A model generated the notes under the pieces. It worked only from the letters and a program-made list of their open reading frames with translations, searched no databases and was not told the DNA's origin. A program made the translations under genes and the position numbers. A stretch of DNA of 64,000 nucleotides, from the sequence record NC_061441.1. One strand, given 5' to 3'. This document shows positions 55,390-64,000 of the stretch, one piece after another. How positions within the stretch are numbered: the first letter of the stretch is position 1; the number at the start of each line of letters is the position of its first letter.

Positions 55390-56439
55390 TCAACAACGAA
55401 TGGTACGACCTATTGTCAGAGGTGTGTAGTCTCGCAGCGTAGCTACAGGCTTCTCATTGGGTAAAATGGCTGAGGCCACATCGAAGTCGATACCAGCTCT
55501 TGCAGTCAGCACATAAACAGGTGCACCGTATGCAAAGGCTATGGGCATTGCGCCCCACGTGATCGAGTACGCAGGAGTATCTGCATGAGTACCTTGACCA
55601 TAATAGAAAAGACTTGAAGCAGCGACACTAGCCTGCGCACCAGCATAGTACGACGTGGTGTAGGTCCAGCCGCCACCAGAGAAGTAGGTCGTGCCGTTAA
55701 CGACAGACCTGAACGGCTGGAACAATCGTGGACCACGAGCGAAATTATACGCAGTGTGATCATACGGCTGATTGGCTGTTATGTACGGCATACTCTGCGC
55801 AGACGAAACTAAAAGAGCAGTGTCCGCTTCTCTGTTCACGCTATTGAAACCGATGTGCTGCAAATACGAAGTGGTGTTACGCGACCAGTAGCCTATGCCG
55901 CTACCGCCTCCTCCGTATATGGTGCCAGACTCGGATAGCGATGGGTTTGCACTTGATGCAGGCGTTGAGTAAAGTGAAACACTGTATGAGGTACTGTCGA
56001 ACGACGGCAACACCATGTCAGAGTAAGCTGGGACGGTTGGCGTGCCATTACCGTAAGTGTCGAGCAAGCTACCAGAACCATTAAGTGCGCCACCGCCTGT
56101 GTCATCTTTGCCTATAGCGTAGTATCGACAAAAGGCGTTGAATGCAGTCATGTTGCGCTGCTGGTTGTTGTAGTTGAAATCAGACTCCTTACGAACACCA
56201 GGCACATAGTTATAGAACAACTTGTTGCCAGACCAACCAGCGCCACGCACACACTGCATGTTGTTGTCTACATCGACGGCCGCACAAAAAGAAAGTGACG
56301 TGTTTATCTTATCCCACATATCAATGAAGGATGATTTGTCAGTGGGTCGAGGAGTATCGTCAGAAAATAAAAACATACGCTTACGTGCAAATTCTATCTT
56401 CTTCTCCAGCAGTTGTGCTCCGTTCGAAACGAATAGCAT
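55390..56439 (-). CDS. putative virion fibre protein (MLF family)
   Basis: MLFV...FLFSD; S/G/Y/T-rich. Confidence 0.6.
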   Translation of the reverse strand: MLFVSNGAQLLEKKIEFARKRMFLFSDDTPRPTDKSSFIDMWDKINTSLSFCAAVDVDNNMQCVRGAGWSGNKLFYNYVPGVRKESDFNYNNQQRNMTAFNAFCRYYAIGKDDTGGGALNGSGSLLDTYGNGTPTVPAYSDMVLPSFDSTSYSVSLYSTPASSANPSLSESGTIYGGGGSGIGYWSRNTTSYLQHIGFNSVNREADTALLVSSAQSMPYITANQPYDHTAYNFARGPRLFQPFRSVVNGTTYFSGGGWTYTTSYYAGAQASVAASSLFYYGQGTHADTPAYSITWGAMPIAFAYGAPVYVLTARAGIDFDVASAILPNEKPVATLRDYTPLTIGRTIRC

Positions 56440-56447
56440 AATCGCCT

Positions 56448-57398
56448 CTATAGCTTGATACTGTCTGTCTTATACAGAACGGGTAATTCAGGTAACGTAA
56501 CAGAGAACGTATTCCCTACGTTTGTGTTACGCGAGGTGAAGTCTTCTGGACCGTACTTAACAACACGGACGCGAGTTCCTTCGTTGATGAATACGGCGAA
56601 TTTGTCTAACGTGATTGTACCTTCTGCAAGCGTACTCGAACCATATGCCTGGGAACAGGGGGTGTATCGTCCGCTGTCATAGGCATTACGACGAGCAGGA
56701 ACCGTAGCACGCCAGTAACCACCATCAGACACTTGAGCAGTGTACGCTCCCATAGAGAAAGCCATGGCTCCAGTCACGCTGGAATTCCAGTTGGAGTAGT
56801 TAGTGCCCGTGAATGTATACGTCCAACTATGCGGATATATGCGAATCTCTTGCATACCCGCGGCCGTGTATACTCGACGACGATGACTGTATGAGTCACC
56901 TGTCTGCCTGCCTGCTGTCGATACAGTTACTTGCGTGTCAGGGAACGATACCTGATTGGCGGTTGGACCTGCCTGCTGTCCTATCTTAGTAGGAATCAAA
57001 CAGAAAGGCGTAGCCCACCATGTATCAGTATTTCCCGGAAAAGGCGTACTGCCTGAGAAGTTATCGTTCATCGACATTTGACTGCTCTTGCGGCCAGACC
57101 CATCTTTCAGTCCGGTCACAAGTAACGTTCGGAAGATGCCGTCATCGGATGTAAAGTCCGGCGCCTCCGATATCATGGTCAATTTGGAGTAATAGACTCT
57201 TGCCTGAGTGCCATAGGCAGCGATGCCCATAACAGGATGAGCACCAAAGCTATTACCGTTCTGAGAAGCAATTGAGCATCGACTATTTCGTATCAGATCT
57301 CGTAGCTCACTCACTGAACTGAAATCTAGGGTCTGTCCGGAGTCGAAAAAGAATCCGTACTTGCGCACATCATCCTGTTTAGGAAGTACGAGTTGCAT
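56448..57398 (-). CDS. putative virion fibre protein
   Basis: FFFDSG first strand; same composition as neighbours. Confidence 0.6.
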   Translation of the reverse strand: MQLVLPKQDDVRKYGFFFDSGQTLDFSSVSELRDLIRNSRCSIASQNGNSFGAHPVMGIAAYGTQARVYYSKLTMISEAPDFTSDDGIFRTLLVTGLKDGSGRKSSQMSMNDNFSGSTPFPGNTDTWWATPFCLIPTKIGQQAGPTANQVSFPDTQVTVSTAGRQTGDSYSHRRRVYTAAGMQEIRIYPHSWTYTFTGTNYSNWNSSVTGAMAFSMGAYTAQVSDGGYWRATVPARRNAYDSGRYTPCSQAYGSSTLAEGTITLDKFAVFINEGTRVRVVKYGPEDFTSRNTNVGNTFSVTLPELPVLYKTDSIKL

Positions 57399-57407
57399 AA
57401 CCTTTCC

Positions 57408-58460
57408 TTACATCTGGGTGAGAGATTTGTCGGGGAAGAATTGCGTGTTAGCCAAAGACAACGTGGCTGTTGCAGCTACAGGTATTGCAGCACTTTGCGT
57501 CATATCTTTGTCTTGGCCGATAGCACAACGCACGAGGTATTTCAGGCCGTTGACTTGAAACGCCATCATACAGGCAGTCAGGATAGCATCTGCCGTGTTC
57601 GCTTTGCCTGAGATAGGAACTCTCGGAGGGAACGCATCAGGACTTGTGCGAGTATAGCCTGATACACCGTTACCATTCTGCGGTGTACTGGTGCTACTGA
57701 ACTGATTTAAGCCGTTGGCAGAATATGTCATGCCCACAGTACGCACAAATGCAATGTGGTCTATTGCTGCATACGAGTTATGTAGCGGCGCAGTCTGCAT
57801 AGGCGTGGTCGTCTGGCTTATGTATGAATATCCGTAAGGACCTGATTCATTCCAAGAGACAAGACTTAACGTGGCGGTGTTGAATCCTGCATCGTACCCG
57901 CTATACGTTCCCCAGAAAGGGTCAGTGTTACGCGCATACTGGTTACCTACTTTAGAGCTATAAGTTTGCAGATGCGTGTTAACGTTACGCATACCCTCAG
58001 GGAAGATGAGCATACAGTTAGACGGCCAGTAATACGATTCAGAACTATCAGCAGACCTACCAAAACGCCCATCGAACACAGGCATGCCCGCAGACCATTG
58101 ATATCCAGGAGTGTCTGCATCGTACACAGTAAAGTAACGAGCAAGAATAGCATCGGGAGTTTGTGCAGCACTGTAGGCAGCATACCCTCCAGACACAGCA
58201 CTATTGTTTACTAGGCGAGCACTTCGCGCAGGATAGAAGAAGTTGTCTTTGACGCCACTCATAGGGCTTAACGTGACTTCGCTTCCTACGCCAGACGCCG
58301 AGTTGCCCCAAGCGCGAGCACCTTTAATCTTCGACAGATAACTGGACACGCTGACATGGGCATCAGAGATATCTGTCTGACTATCAAAGTAAAGCGCACG
58401 GTGTGCAGCCAACAGCGCAACCTTGTTGGCCTTTATTGGATGAGATGTTGCAAATAACAT
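57408..58460 (-). CDS. putative virion fibre protein (MLF family)
   Basis: MLFA...LYFDS. Confidence 0.6.
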   Translation of the reverse strand: MLFATSHPIKANKVALLAAHRALYFDSQTDISDAHVSVSSYLSKIKGARAWGNSASGVGSEVTLSPMSGVKDNFFYPARSARLVNNSAVSGGYAAYSAAQTPDAILARYFTVYDADTPGYQWSAGMPVFDGRFGRSADSSESYYWPSNCMLIFPEGMRNVNTHLQTYSSKVGNQYARNTDPFWGTYSGYDAGFNTATLSLVSWNESGPYGYSYISQTTTPMQTAPLHNSYAAIDHIAFVRTVGMTYSANGLNQFSSTSTPQNGNGVSGYTRTSPDAFPPRVPISGKANTADAILTACMMAFQVNGLKYLVRCAIGQDKDMTQSAAIPVAATATLSLANTQFFPDKSLTQM

Positions 58461-58471
58461 AGGGCCTCTCC

Positions 58472-59566
58472 CTATAATAAATATGTGGCCGCAGCATTTG
58501 CGTAGGCAACAACGTCAGCAGAGAAATTTAAGGAGGCCATCTCTGCTATGTTGGTTCCTGTCTGTCTTGCATCCTCTGCTTCACCGTCCCCGATAGAAAG
58601 AACAATCAGCCCTTTGTCTAAAGGGTACTCATACGCAATCGCAGCAAACGACAATATGCACGGAGGACTGTCCTCAGAGGCGACCTTCATAGGTACATAC
58701 AGAGGTTCAGCTATACCACAGTTGGGAAAATCAGACAACGTAGGAGAGTACGAGAAGCGAACGGTACCTCCGCCTATAGGCCACATCTGAGTTTCTTCCT
58801 GAACAGCAATGAACATGATGCAAGGCGCATTGGTCATATACATAGACGGACTCACTACAGGCAGCGTGTTACCTTGACCGTATTGCTTGGTCGTGTCCGT
58901 AGTAGTCAGGTCAGTTTGCGTCTGCAACGTGTTAGTTTGCGTAAGATAAGCCGCGCTCGACCAATACAGGGTGTACTGATAGTTCCATCCTAGCCATGAG
59001 TTTGACTCATACTTGGAGATGTTTATCGTCTGCCCATTGAACGTCAAGTTGGCACGAATACCACCAGTGGCCGCAACGCGCATAGAAGCAAGGATAGACT
59101 CAGGAACAAAGTACATCCTGTTGGTTACTATGCCTGACGTAGGAGAATATGTCTTACCTGCACCAGCACCCAAGAAGTTAGTCTTCAGGTCACTCATGCT
59201 GCCTTTGGCCGTAGTGGGGGTCACAGTTACATAGCGATAGGCCTGTGTGTCAACAGTCTGACCATCATTCGTTGATGGGTAGTAGTACCAATCCTTGCTA
59301 TTACTATTCTGATTGAACCCAAGCATGTCTGATGTATGTGCAACGTAGTGCTTGTTGTTCTTAATACCCGACAGTGCGGTTGTCTTCCCATTAGAGCCTG
59401 AGAATCCCCATGAGGTGCCGCGACAGTATGGAACACTCTTTAGCAGGCCAGCTCTGGATTGCTTTACGGTCGCTTTGTCCACTGACGAATCAAAGAGAAA
59501 CAGTGCAGACAGCGCGTCCTTGCGTATCTTATTAACCTTAACAGCTCCGACAGAATGAAACTGCAT
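58472..59566 (-). CDS. putative virion fibre protein
   Basis: FLFDSS first strand. Confidence 0.6.
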   Translation of the reverse strand: MQFHSVGAVKVNKIRKDALSALFLFDSSVDKATVKQSRAGLLKSVPYCRGTSWGFSGSNGKTTALSGIKNNKHYVAHTSDMLGFNQNSNSKDWYYYPSTNDGQTVDTQAYRYVTVTPTTAKGSMSDLKTNFLGAGAGKTYSPTSGIVTNRMYFVPESILASMRVAATGGIRANLTFNGQTINISKYESNSWLGWNYQYTLYWSSAAYLTQTNTLQTQTDLTTTDTTKQYGQGNTLPVVSPSMYMTNAPCIMFIAVQEETQMWPIGGGTVRFSYSPTLSDFPNCGIAEPLYVPMKVASEDSPPCILSFAAIAYEYPLDKGLIVLSIGDGEAEDARQTGTNIAEMASLNFSADVVAYANAAATYLL

Positions 59567-59640
59567 ACACGCACCTTTATGTCAAAATTTTCTGTATAAG
59601 GTAAAAAGGGCCCGTACCATTACGATACAGGCCATTTCTG

Positions 59641-60222
59641 TTACACCAGCAGACGACCTGCGATGGTAATAGCAACGCCGTTGAGCGTAGTGTCCGCCGT
59701 GTCTGGTGCAATGACACGCAACTGGTCACCAGATACAAGAATGATCTCTTGATCTTGGTACGCAACCAGAGGAGCAAACACGCCTGTCTTCGAACCAGCA
59801 GCGAACGACACGGTACCAAGCTGAATAACAGTCTGGGTAGCCGAATCATACGCACTGATTTTGAAAACAGATGCAGCAGTGGCCGCAATGTCCGCAGCAG
59901 CCATAGAACCGGCAAAGTTTTTAACGATTGCAGTTGTGCGAACAGACAGGTAACGCGCAATCTCCTGACCACCAGCATAACGCTTTAGGACAGACAGACC
60001 TACGTCATATGGATTTACAGACTGGAGCTGATTAACCCACTTATTACGAACCTGACTGAACACGTAAAGTCCAGGCTGGTTTGCACCAACAACTGCGGTC
60101 AGGTTCCATACACGCCCGTTAGTAGGGCTAGAAGGAAAGGTAGGGCCGGAGGAGTTTGGATCGCCTGGTGCACGAACGATTTGAGCCTGCTCACCCGCGA
60201 GCTGTAGACCATAAGTTAACAT
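59641..60222 (-). CDS. putative tail fibre-associated protein
   Basis: GPTFPSSPTNG.VW motif typical of fibre junctions. Confidence 0.55.
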   Translation of the reverse strand: MLTYGLQLAGEQAQIVRAPGDPNSSGPTFPSSPTNGRVWNLTAVVGANQPGLYVFSQVRNKWVNQLQSVNPYDVGLSVLKRYAGGQEIARYLSVRTTAIVKNFAGSMAAADIAATAASVFKISAYDSATQTVIQLGTVSFAAGSKTGVFAPLVAYQDQEIILVSGDQLRVIAPDTADTTLNGVAITIAGRLLV

Positions 60223-60233
60223 TGTTTCTCTCC

Positions 60234-60440
60234 TTAGGCGATTCGCACTTCACCCGTAACTGGGTACGGGAAAGTCACTTTGACTGTATTGTTATCCACA
60301 ATGATAACGTCGAGCGGCAGTACCTGATGGAGTTTACCATCGGGCTGCATCGTACACGTAGTCACTGCGACCATACGACCGAAGTTGTGCGTAATCGTCC
60401 ATTCAGCAGCAGGCGTTTCTTGTTTGAAAGAGCGCCCCAT
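60234..60440 (-). CDS. small structural protein with W.I.HN.G repeat domain
   Basis: EWTITHNFG...VKVTFPYPVTG; start reassigned to MGRSFK. Confidence 0.55.
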   Translation of the reverse strand: MGRSFKQETPAAEWTITHNFGRMVAVTTCTMQPDGKLHQVLPLDVIIVDNNTVKVTFPYPVTGEVRIA

Positions 60441-60459
60441 CGAATAGTTCATAAGTTCC

Positions 60460-61362
60460 TCACAATTCATATGTGTATTGTGGTGTAGGCACGTTGATTT
60501 GTACCGTACCGTTTCCATTCATCACAGGAACAGCTTGCACAATTTCTGACTCGGCAAGCATGGCAATATGCAGCGTCTTCTTCTCGTCAACGATTGCAGC
60601 CATTCCCCATGTAGGAACAGAGACACCAGGTGTTCCACCTGTTATAGCGTGATAAAGATTTGGCACACCCCAGTACAAGGAAAAGTAGTTCCCTCCAGAG
60701 TTGTTGTAATTCACAACCCTTGCGACCGCAGAATAAGACATTGCAGCAGCAGAGATCGCGTTACCGACAACAACTTGATATCCGTTACTGTTCCATGAAA
60801 AGCCATTACCGGCAATCGTAGGAACTGCATCCAGAGTAGGAGGGTACGTGTACAGCATCATACTTGTGCCGTACATCGTATTACCCTGTTGTGCGTTCAG
60901 CAGATCAGTTGACATGATAGGCAAGGTCTTATTTATACCATGCGCGGCCAAAGCCATAGGCCCGGACGACGGACTACCACTCAACATCATACCCAAATCA
61001 TCAATCAGATTGAGAGCGAACTGACGCTCCATATATCGGTAGCTTGGGGTGGTGGGTGCATTCACAGGTGCAAGTGATCCTGTGACAACACCTCGGTTGC
61101 TCGTCCATGTATGATAGATATACCGCGTGTGCAGCCACTGTTTCGTACCATCGGCGCTAATACCAGCCGCAGGGTTTAGAGATATCGTACCGTTAACGGC
61201 GAAATCCTTTGCGCTCGTAACGGACTTCTCGGCACACAATTTCACGAAGTCTGTCCAAGTAAGAATGCTCAGGTCCGGTTTTGGCGTAGACGCATCAAAC
61301 AGGAACAGACCGCGCTCTATCATATGCTTTTTAACACTACGGTAGTTTTGTGCGAAAAGCAT
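60460..61362 (-). CDS. putative virion fibre protein (MLF family)
   Basis: MLFA...FLFDAS. Confidence 0.6.
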   Translation of the reverse strand: MLFAQNYRSVKKHMIERGLFLFDASTPKPDLSILTWTDFVKLCAEKSVTSAKDFAVNGTISLNPAAGISADGTKQWLHTRYIYHTWTSNRGVVTGSLAPVNAPTTPSYRYMERQFALNLIDDLGMMLSGSPSSGPMALAAHGINKTLPIMSTDLLNAQQGNTMYGTSMMLYTYPPTLDAVPTIAGNGFSWNSNGYQVVVGNAISAAAMSYSAVARVVNYNNSGGNYFSLYWGVPNLYHAITGGTPGVSVPTWGMAAIVDEKKTLHIAMLAESEIVQAVPVMNGNGTVQINVPTPQYTYEL

Positions 61363-61373
61363 ATGATTACCCC

Positions 61374-61970
61374 TTAGTACAGAACGACTGTACCAGTTTC
61401 AGGGTTTTCGAAAGTGATCGTAAGCTGACTGGTGCTGTCATGCACGATAGACTTCGGCTGGACTTCTTTAGCGCCCTGATAGATACGCACCGCTGGGTTG
61501 TAGCCCAGGTTGTGAGTAACTACCCACACGGTCTCGTTGGTGAACGATGCAGTGAACGCTACGGTAGGAGCAGGCAGACCGCTCTCAATACCAGACAGCA
61601 GCACAGCCGTACCAGCGACAGGCTCAGGGAACATAACGATAGTCGTGTTTGCATCCTGAGTGTGAATGGAGGAAGGCATAACAACGTCACCGTTTGAATC
61701 GTAGCACTGAACAATAGGCGTACCCGTGTTCATGTTGTGCGCGATCTCCCAGCGGCTTGAAGCAGACGCCTGAGAGTAACGGTACATCGTCATCTGTTGA
61801 GTTAACGGTACCCAGATAGGCAGGTCAGCGATCTCAACACAGAACATCAGTCGCTTGTCCATGAAGATTGCCATGCCAGGCTGAGGGTTGTCTGGCCAGT
61901 CTTGCACTTCTTCGAATTTGAAGTTCTTGATCGAGCCAAACTCTAAGTCTAAAGTCCCAACGACTTTCAT
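61374..61970 (-). CDS. structural protein with two W.I.HN repeat domains
   Basis: WEIAHNMN, WVVTHNLGYNP; N-terminus resembles that of the 63669 gene. Confidence 0.65.
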   Translation of the reverse strand: MKVVGTLDLEFGSIKNFKFEEVQDWPDNPQPGMAIFMDKRLMFCVEIADLPIWVPLTQQMTMYRYSQASASSRWEIAHNMNTGTPIVQCYDSNGDVVMPSSIHTQDANTTIVMFPEPVAGTAVLLSGIESGLPAPTVAFTASFTNETVWVVTHNLGYNPAVRIYQGAKEVQPKSIVHDSTSQLTITFENPETGTVVLY

Positions 61971-61989
61971 AAATCATCTCCTGAAAGGT

Positions 61990-62019
61990 AAAAAGGGCAG
62001 GCAGATGCCCACCCCTTTA
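61990..62019 (-). terminator. probable rho-independent terminator
   Basis: GC-rich stem with wobble pairs followed by TTTTT on - strand. Confidence 0.55.
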
Positions 62020-62043
62020 TTATGTTACGGCTGTCGTTGTCGC

Positions 62044-63669
62044 TTAGGCTTCTGGTTCAACGTAGGTGTTGGTGCCAGTTACGAATGCGATTGCAACTTT
62101 CTTCGCGGTGGTCAGCTCTACACGCAGGCTGTTCGCGTCGATGAACACAACTTCGTCAGGGATGATCTGGTAGCCAGTATCATCAACAACGGTGACGGTA
62201 CCGAACTTGTGGCCAGCGTTGTGGGTGAAGGTGTGTGCAGTAGCAGCAACGTCACCGCTCGCAGTTTTGTCGTACTGGTAAACTTTAGCAGCAGAACCGC
62301 TAGAGCCAGCAGCGATTGCATCGGTAACGAACTTCTTGCTCACCGCAGAGTTGTCGGTGTAGTCAGCGCTGTCGCCAGTCAGAGTAATCTGAGCAACGTC
62401 ACCACCAGTAGCGTCGATGAAGCCACCAGCAGTTTTAACAGCAGCAACATCAACGATGATTTTGCTGTTATCAACGTCCTGTTTCAGGCCGGTACCCAGG
62501 GCAGCAGCAGCGATCTGGCCGTAGCCCACACCGCCGTCGGCGATTGCGATACCGTCAACAGAGCGAGACAGAGTAGCGCCGTCCAGTTTAACGCGAGTGC
62601 TGCCTGCGTTATCCTCCAGACCGCCGTTAGCGTCCAGTTTAGCAGTCACGGCATTGCCGGTGATCTGAATACCAGCGCCGACTTTAACGTTAACAACGTT
62701 ACCAGCTTTTTCCAGACCGTCACCAGCGTTGAACTCAGAAGCACCGCCGAAGGTAGTCCACTCAGTACCATCGAAACGACGATACTCTTTGATATCTTTA
62801 ACCCAGGTAACCGCACCACCAGCTTCGCTGTCAGTTGGGTCGAACACGATAACGAACGCAGTGCCGTTATAGCGAACGATCATGTTGTCAACCAGACCAG
62901 TGATAGAACCGAAGTTCGGGTTGATGGTATCAGCAGACAGGATGATGTACTGCTTACCATTTTCCAGAACAGGGTCCAGAGTGCCGTCTGCCTGAATACC
63001 ATCAGAGTCTTTCAGCCAGTCGATGCCTGCGATAGCGTTGTCGATATCGATCTTACGAGCAGCGTCGTTCGGGTTAGCAGGAGCGGCCAGGTTAGCAACG
63101 GTATTACCGTTAGCGTCGAGGTCGCCAGTCAGTTGACCGTTAGCCGCATTCAGCTTACCACCCAGCGCAGTTTCGTTTGCGTTAGCTTTGTTGCTGACCG
63201 CAGTGATCTGAGACTGGATGTTAGAGCTTGCGCCAGACAGGTAGCCCAGCTCAGAAGCAGTGATGGTAGAGCTTTGCAGTTCAGAGTCAGCACCAGCGAT
63301 AACAACCGCGTTCTCTGTCAGGCCGCTGATTTTGTCTTGCTTGGTAGCAACAACGGTTTCAACGTGTTTCTTGGAAACAGCCGCGTTGTCAGCAGAAGCA
63401 GACTGGTCAGGACCAGACAGTTCGAGGTCAGCAGTCATTGCCACAGAACCGTCAGCCAGGATAGCGCCTTCTACAGAACCGCCACCAGCGCCCAGTTCCT
63501 GAATTGCAGTACCGTCGAAGTATTTGTACTTCTTATCGGTGCTGTTGTACCACATGCGGGCTTCTTGTGCCGCGACCAGATCACCAACTACAGGGTCGGC
63601 TGCAAGAACTTCTGGGCGGAAGTTCTTAATAGAGGCGCCGAGCATTAAATCAAGATTACCAGTACGCAT
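62044..63669 (-). CDS. tail/whisker fibre protein (541 aa)
   Basis: A/G/D/T-rich, coiled segment, fibre-like AGDGL/GAGIQI repeats, C-terminal HN repeat domain. Confidence 0.7.
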   Translation of the reverse strand: MRTGNLDLMLGASIKNFRPEVLAADPVVGDLVAAQEARMWYNSTDKKYKYFDGTAIQELGAGGGSVEGAILADGSVAMTADLELSGPDQSASADNAAVSKKHVETVVATKQDKISGLTENAVVIAGADSELQSSTITASELGYLSGASSNIQSQITAVSNKANANETALGGKLNAANGQLTGDLDANGNTVANLAAPANPNDAARKIDIDNAIAGIDWLKDSDGIQADGTLDPVLENGKQYIILSADTINPNFGSITGLVDNMIVRYNGTAFVIVFDPTDSEAGGAVTWVKDIKEYRRFDGTEWTTFGGASEFNAGDGLEKAGNVVNVKVGAGIQITGNAVTAKLDANGGLEDNAGSTRVKLDGATLSRSVDGIAIADGGVGYGQIAAAALGTGLKQDVDNSKIIVDVAAVKTAGGFIDATGGDVAQITLTGDSADYTDNSAVSKKFVTDAIAAGSSGSAAKVYQYDKTASGDVAATAHTFTHNAGHKFGTVTVVDDTGYQIIPDEVVFIDANSLRVELTTAKKVAIAFVTGTNTYVEPEA

Positions 63670-63692
63670 TGTAAATCTCCTGTTGCGTGGGA

Positions 63693-63986
63693 TTAGAAGA
63701 ACTGACTGTCACAACCATCAAGGCTACAGCGTAACGCTTGATATGCGGTGGCACGTTCTTCCGTTAGATTGATATACTTATCGTCAATATTGTACTTCAC
63801 TCTAACAGGCACGTCGTACCCATCGAGCAGGCCGTGTCGCTTATAAGCATTCAGGCGTAGCACAGGTGAACTGACCTTAGCATGTTCCATGATGTTCAGG
63901 TCAATCTTGTCGGCGTAAATGAATGGACGCTCTCGCTTACACATGATGTAATCAATCTCATGCAAATTAAAGAGTGTGAAATTCAT
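63693..63986 (-). CDS. hypothetical protein
   Basis: ORF upstream of the fibre gene. Confidence 0.5.
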   Translation of the reverse strand: MNFTLFNLHEIDYIMCKRERPFIYADKIDLNIMEHAKVSSPVLRLNAYKRHGLLDGYDVPVRVKYNIDDKYINLTEERATAYQALRCSLDGCDSQFF

Positions 63987-64000
63987 ATAGCCAATAATGA

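Noticed and set aside
46067-61362. Diversity-generating retroelement or invertible cassette acting on the fibre paralogs
   Set aside because: No reverse transcriptase or invertase gene and no near-identical template/variable repeat pair; paralogs are diverged at all positions
61888-63648. 586-aa + strand ORF
   Set aside because: Antisense shadow of the strongly codon-biased fibre gene; S/V-rich with no motifs and no RBS
1-64000. tRNA genes, rRNA, CRISPR arrays, IS elements, integrase
   Set aside because: No cloverleaf/TTCGA arm context, regularly spaced repeats or transposase/integrase motifs were seen by eye; tRNAscan-SE and a repeat finder would be needed to be certain

Overview
Part of a large lytic myovirus (jumbo phage) genome, inferred from gene content to resemble the Y3/Alexandra/JA11-type 'hairy' jumbo phages of Enterobacterales; no database comparison was possible. 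The + strand (1-44.6 kb) carries a DnaB-like helicase, an intein-containing large terminase, a probable portal, a 5'-3' exonuclease, nucleotide-metabolism genes (dCMP deaminase, ThyA, MazG-like) and many small accessory genes. The - strand (44.6-64 kb) carries a lysis cassette and a long tandem array of paralogous virion fibre/decoration genes. The main finding is a candidate DNA cytosine carboxymethylation/hypermodification pathway in two loci. Locus 1 (12.3-15.6 kb) is an operon of a CmoA-like carboxy-SAM synthase, a DUF1611 protein, a glutaminase-less AsnB-like amide ligase and a possible racemase-fold protein. Locus 2 (29.0-31.8 kb) is a ParB-like gene plus a C5-cytosine methyltransferase whose motif X Asn is replaced by Arg and whose catalytic Cys is the +1 residue of an intein. 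Other observations: a 54-aa ORF ending in the exact NrdA redox tail DGCESGACKI, two candidate phage promoter motifs, an RBS-occluding hairpin with one motif in its loop, and a frameshifted Toprim gene. No tRNA, rRNA or CRISPR array was recognised. All product calls come from motif recognition by eye.
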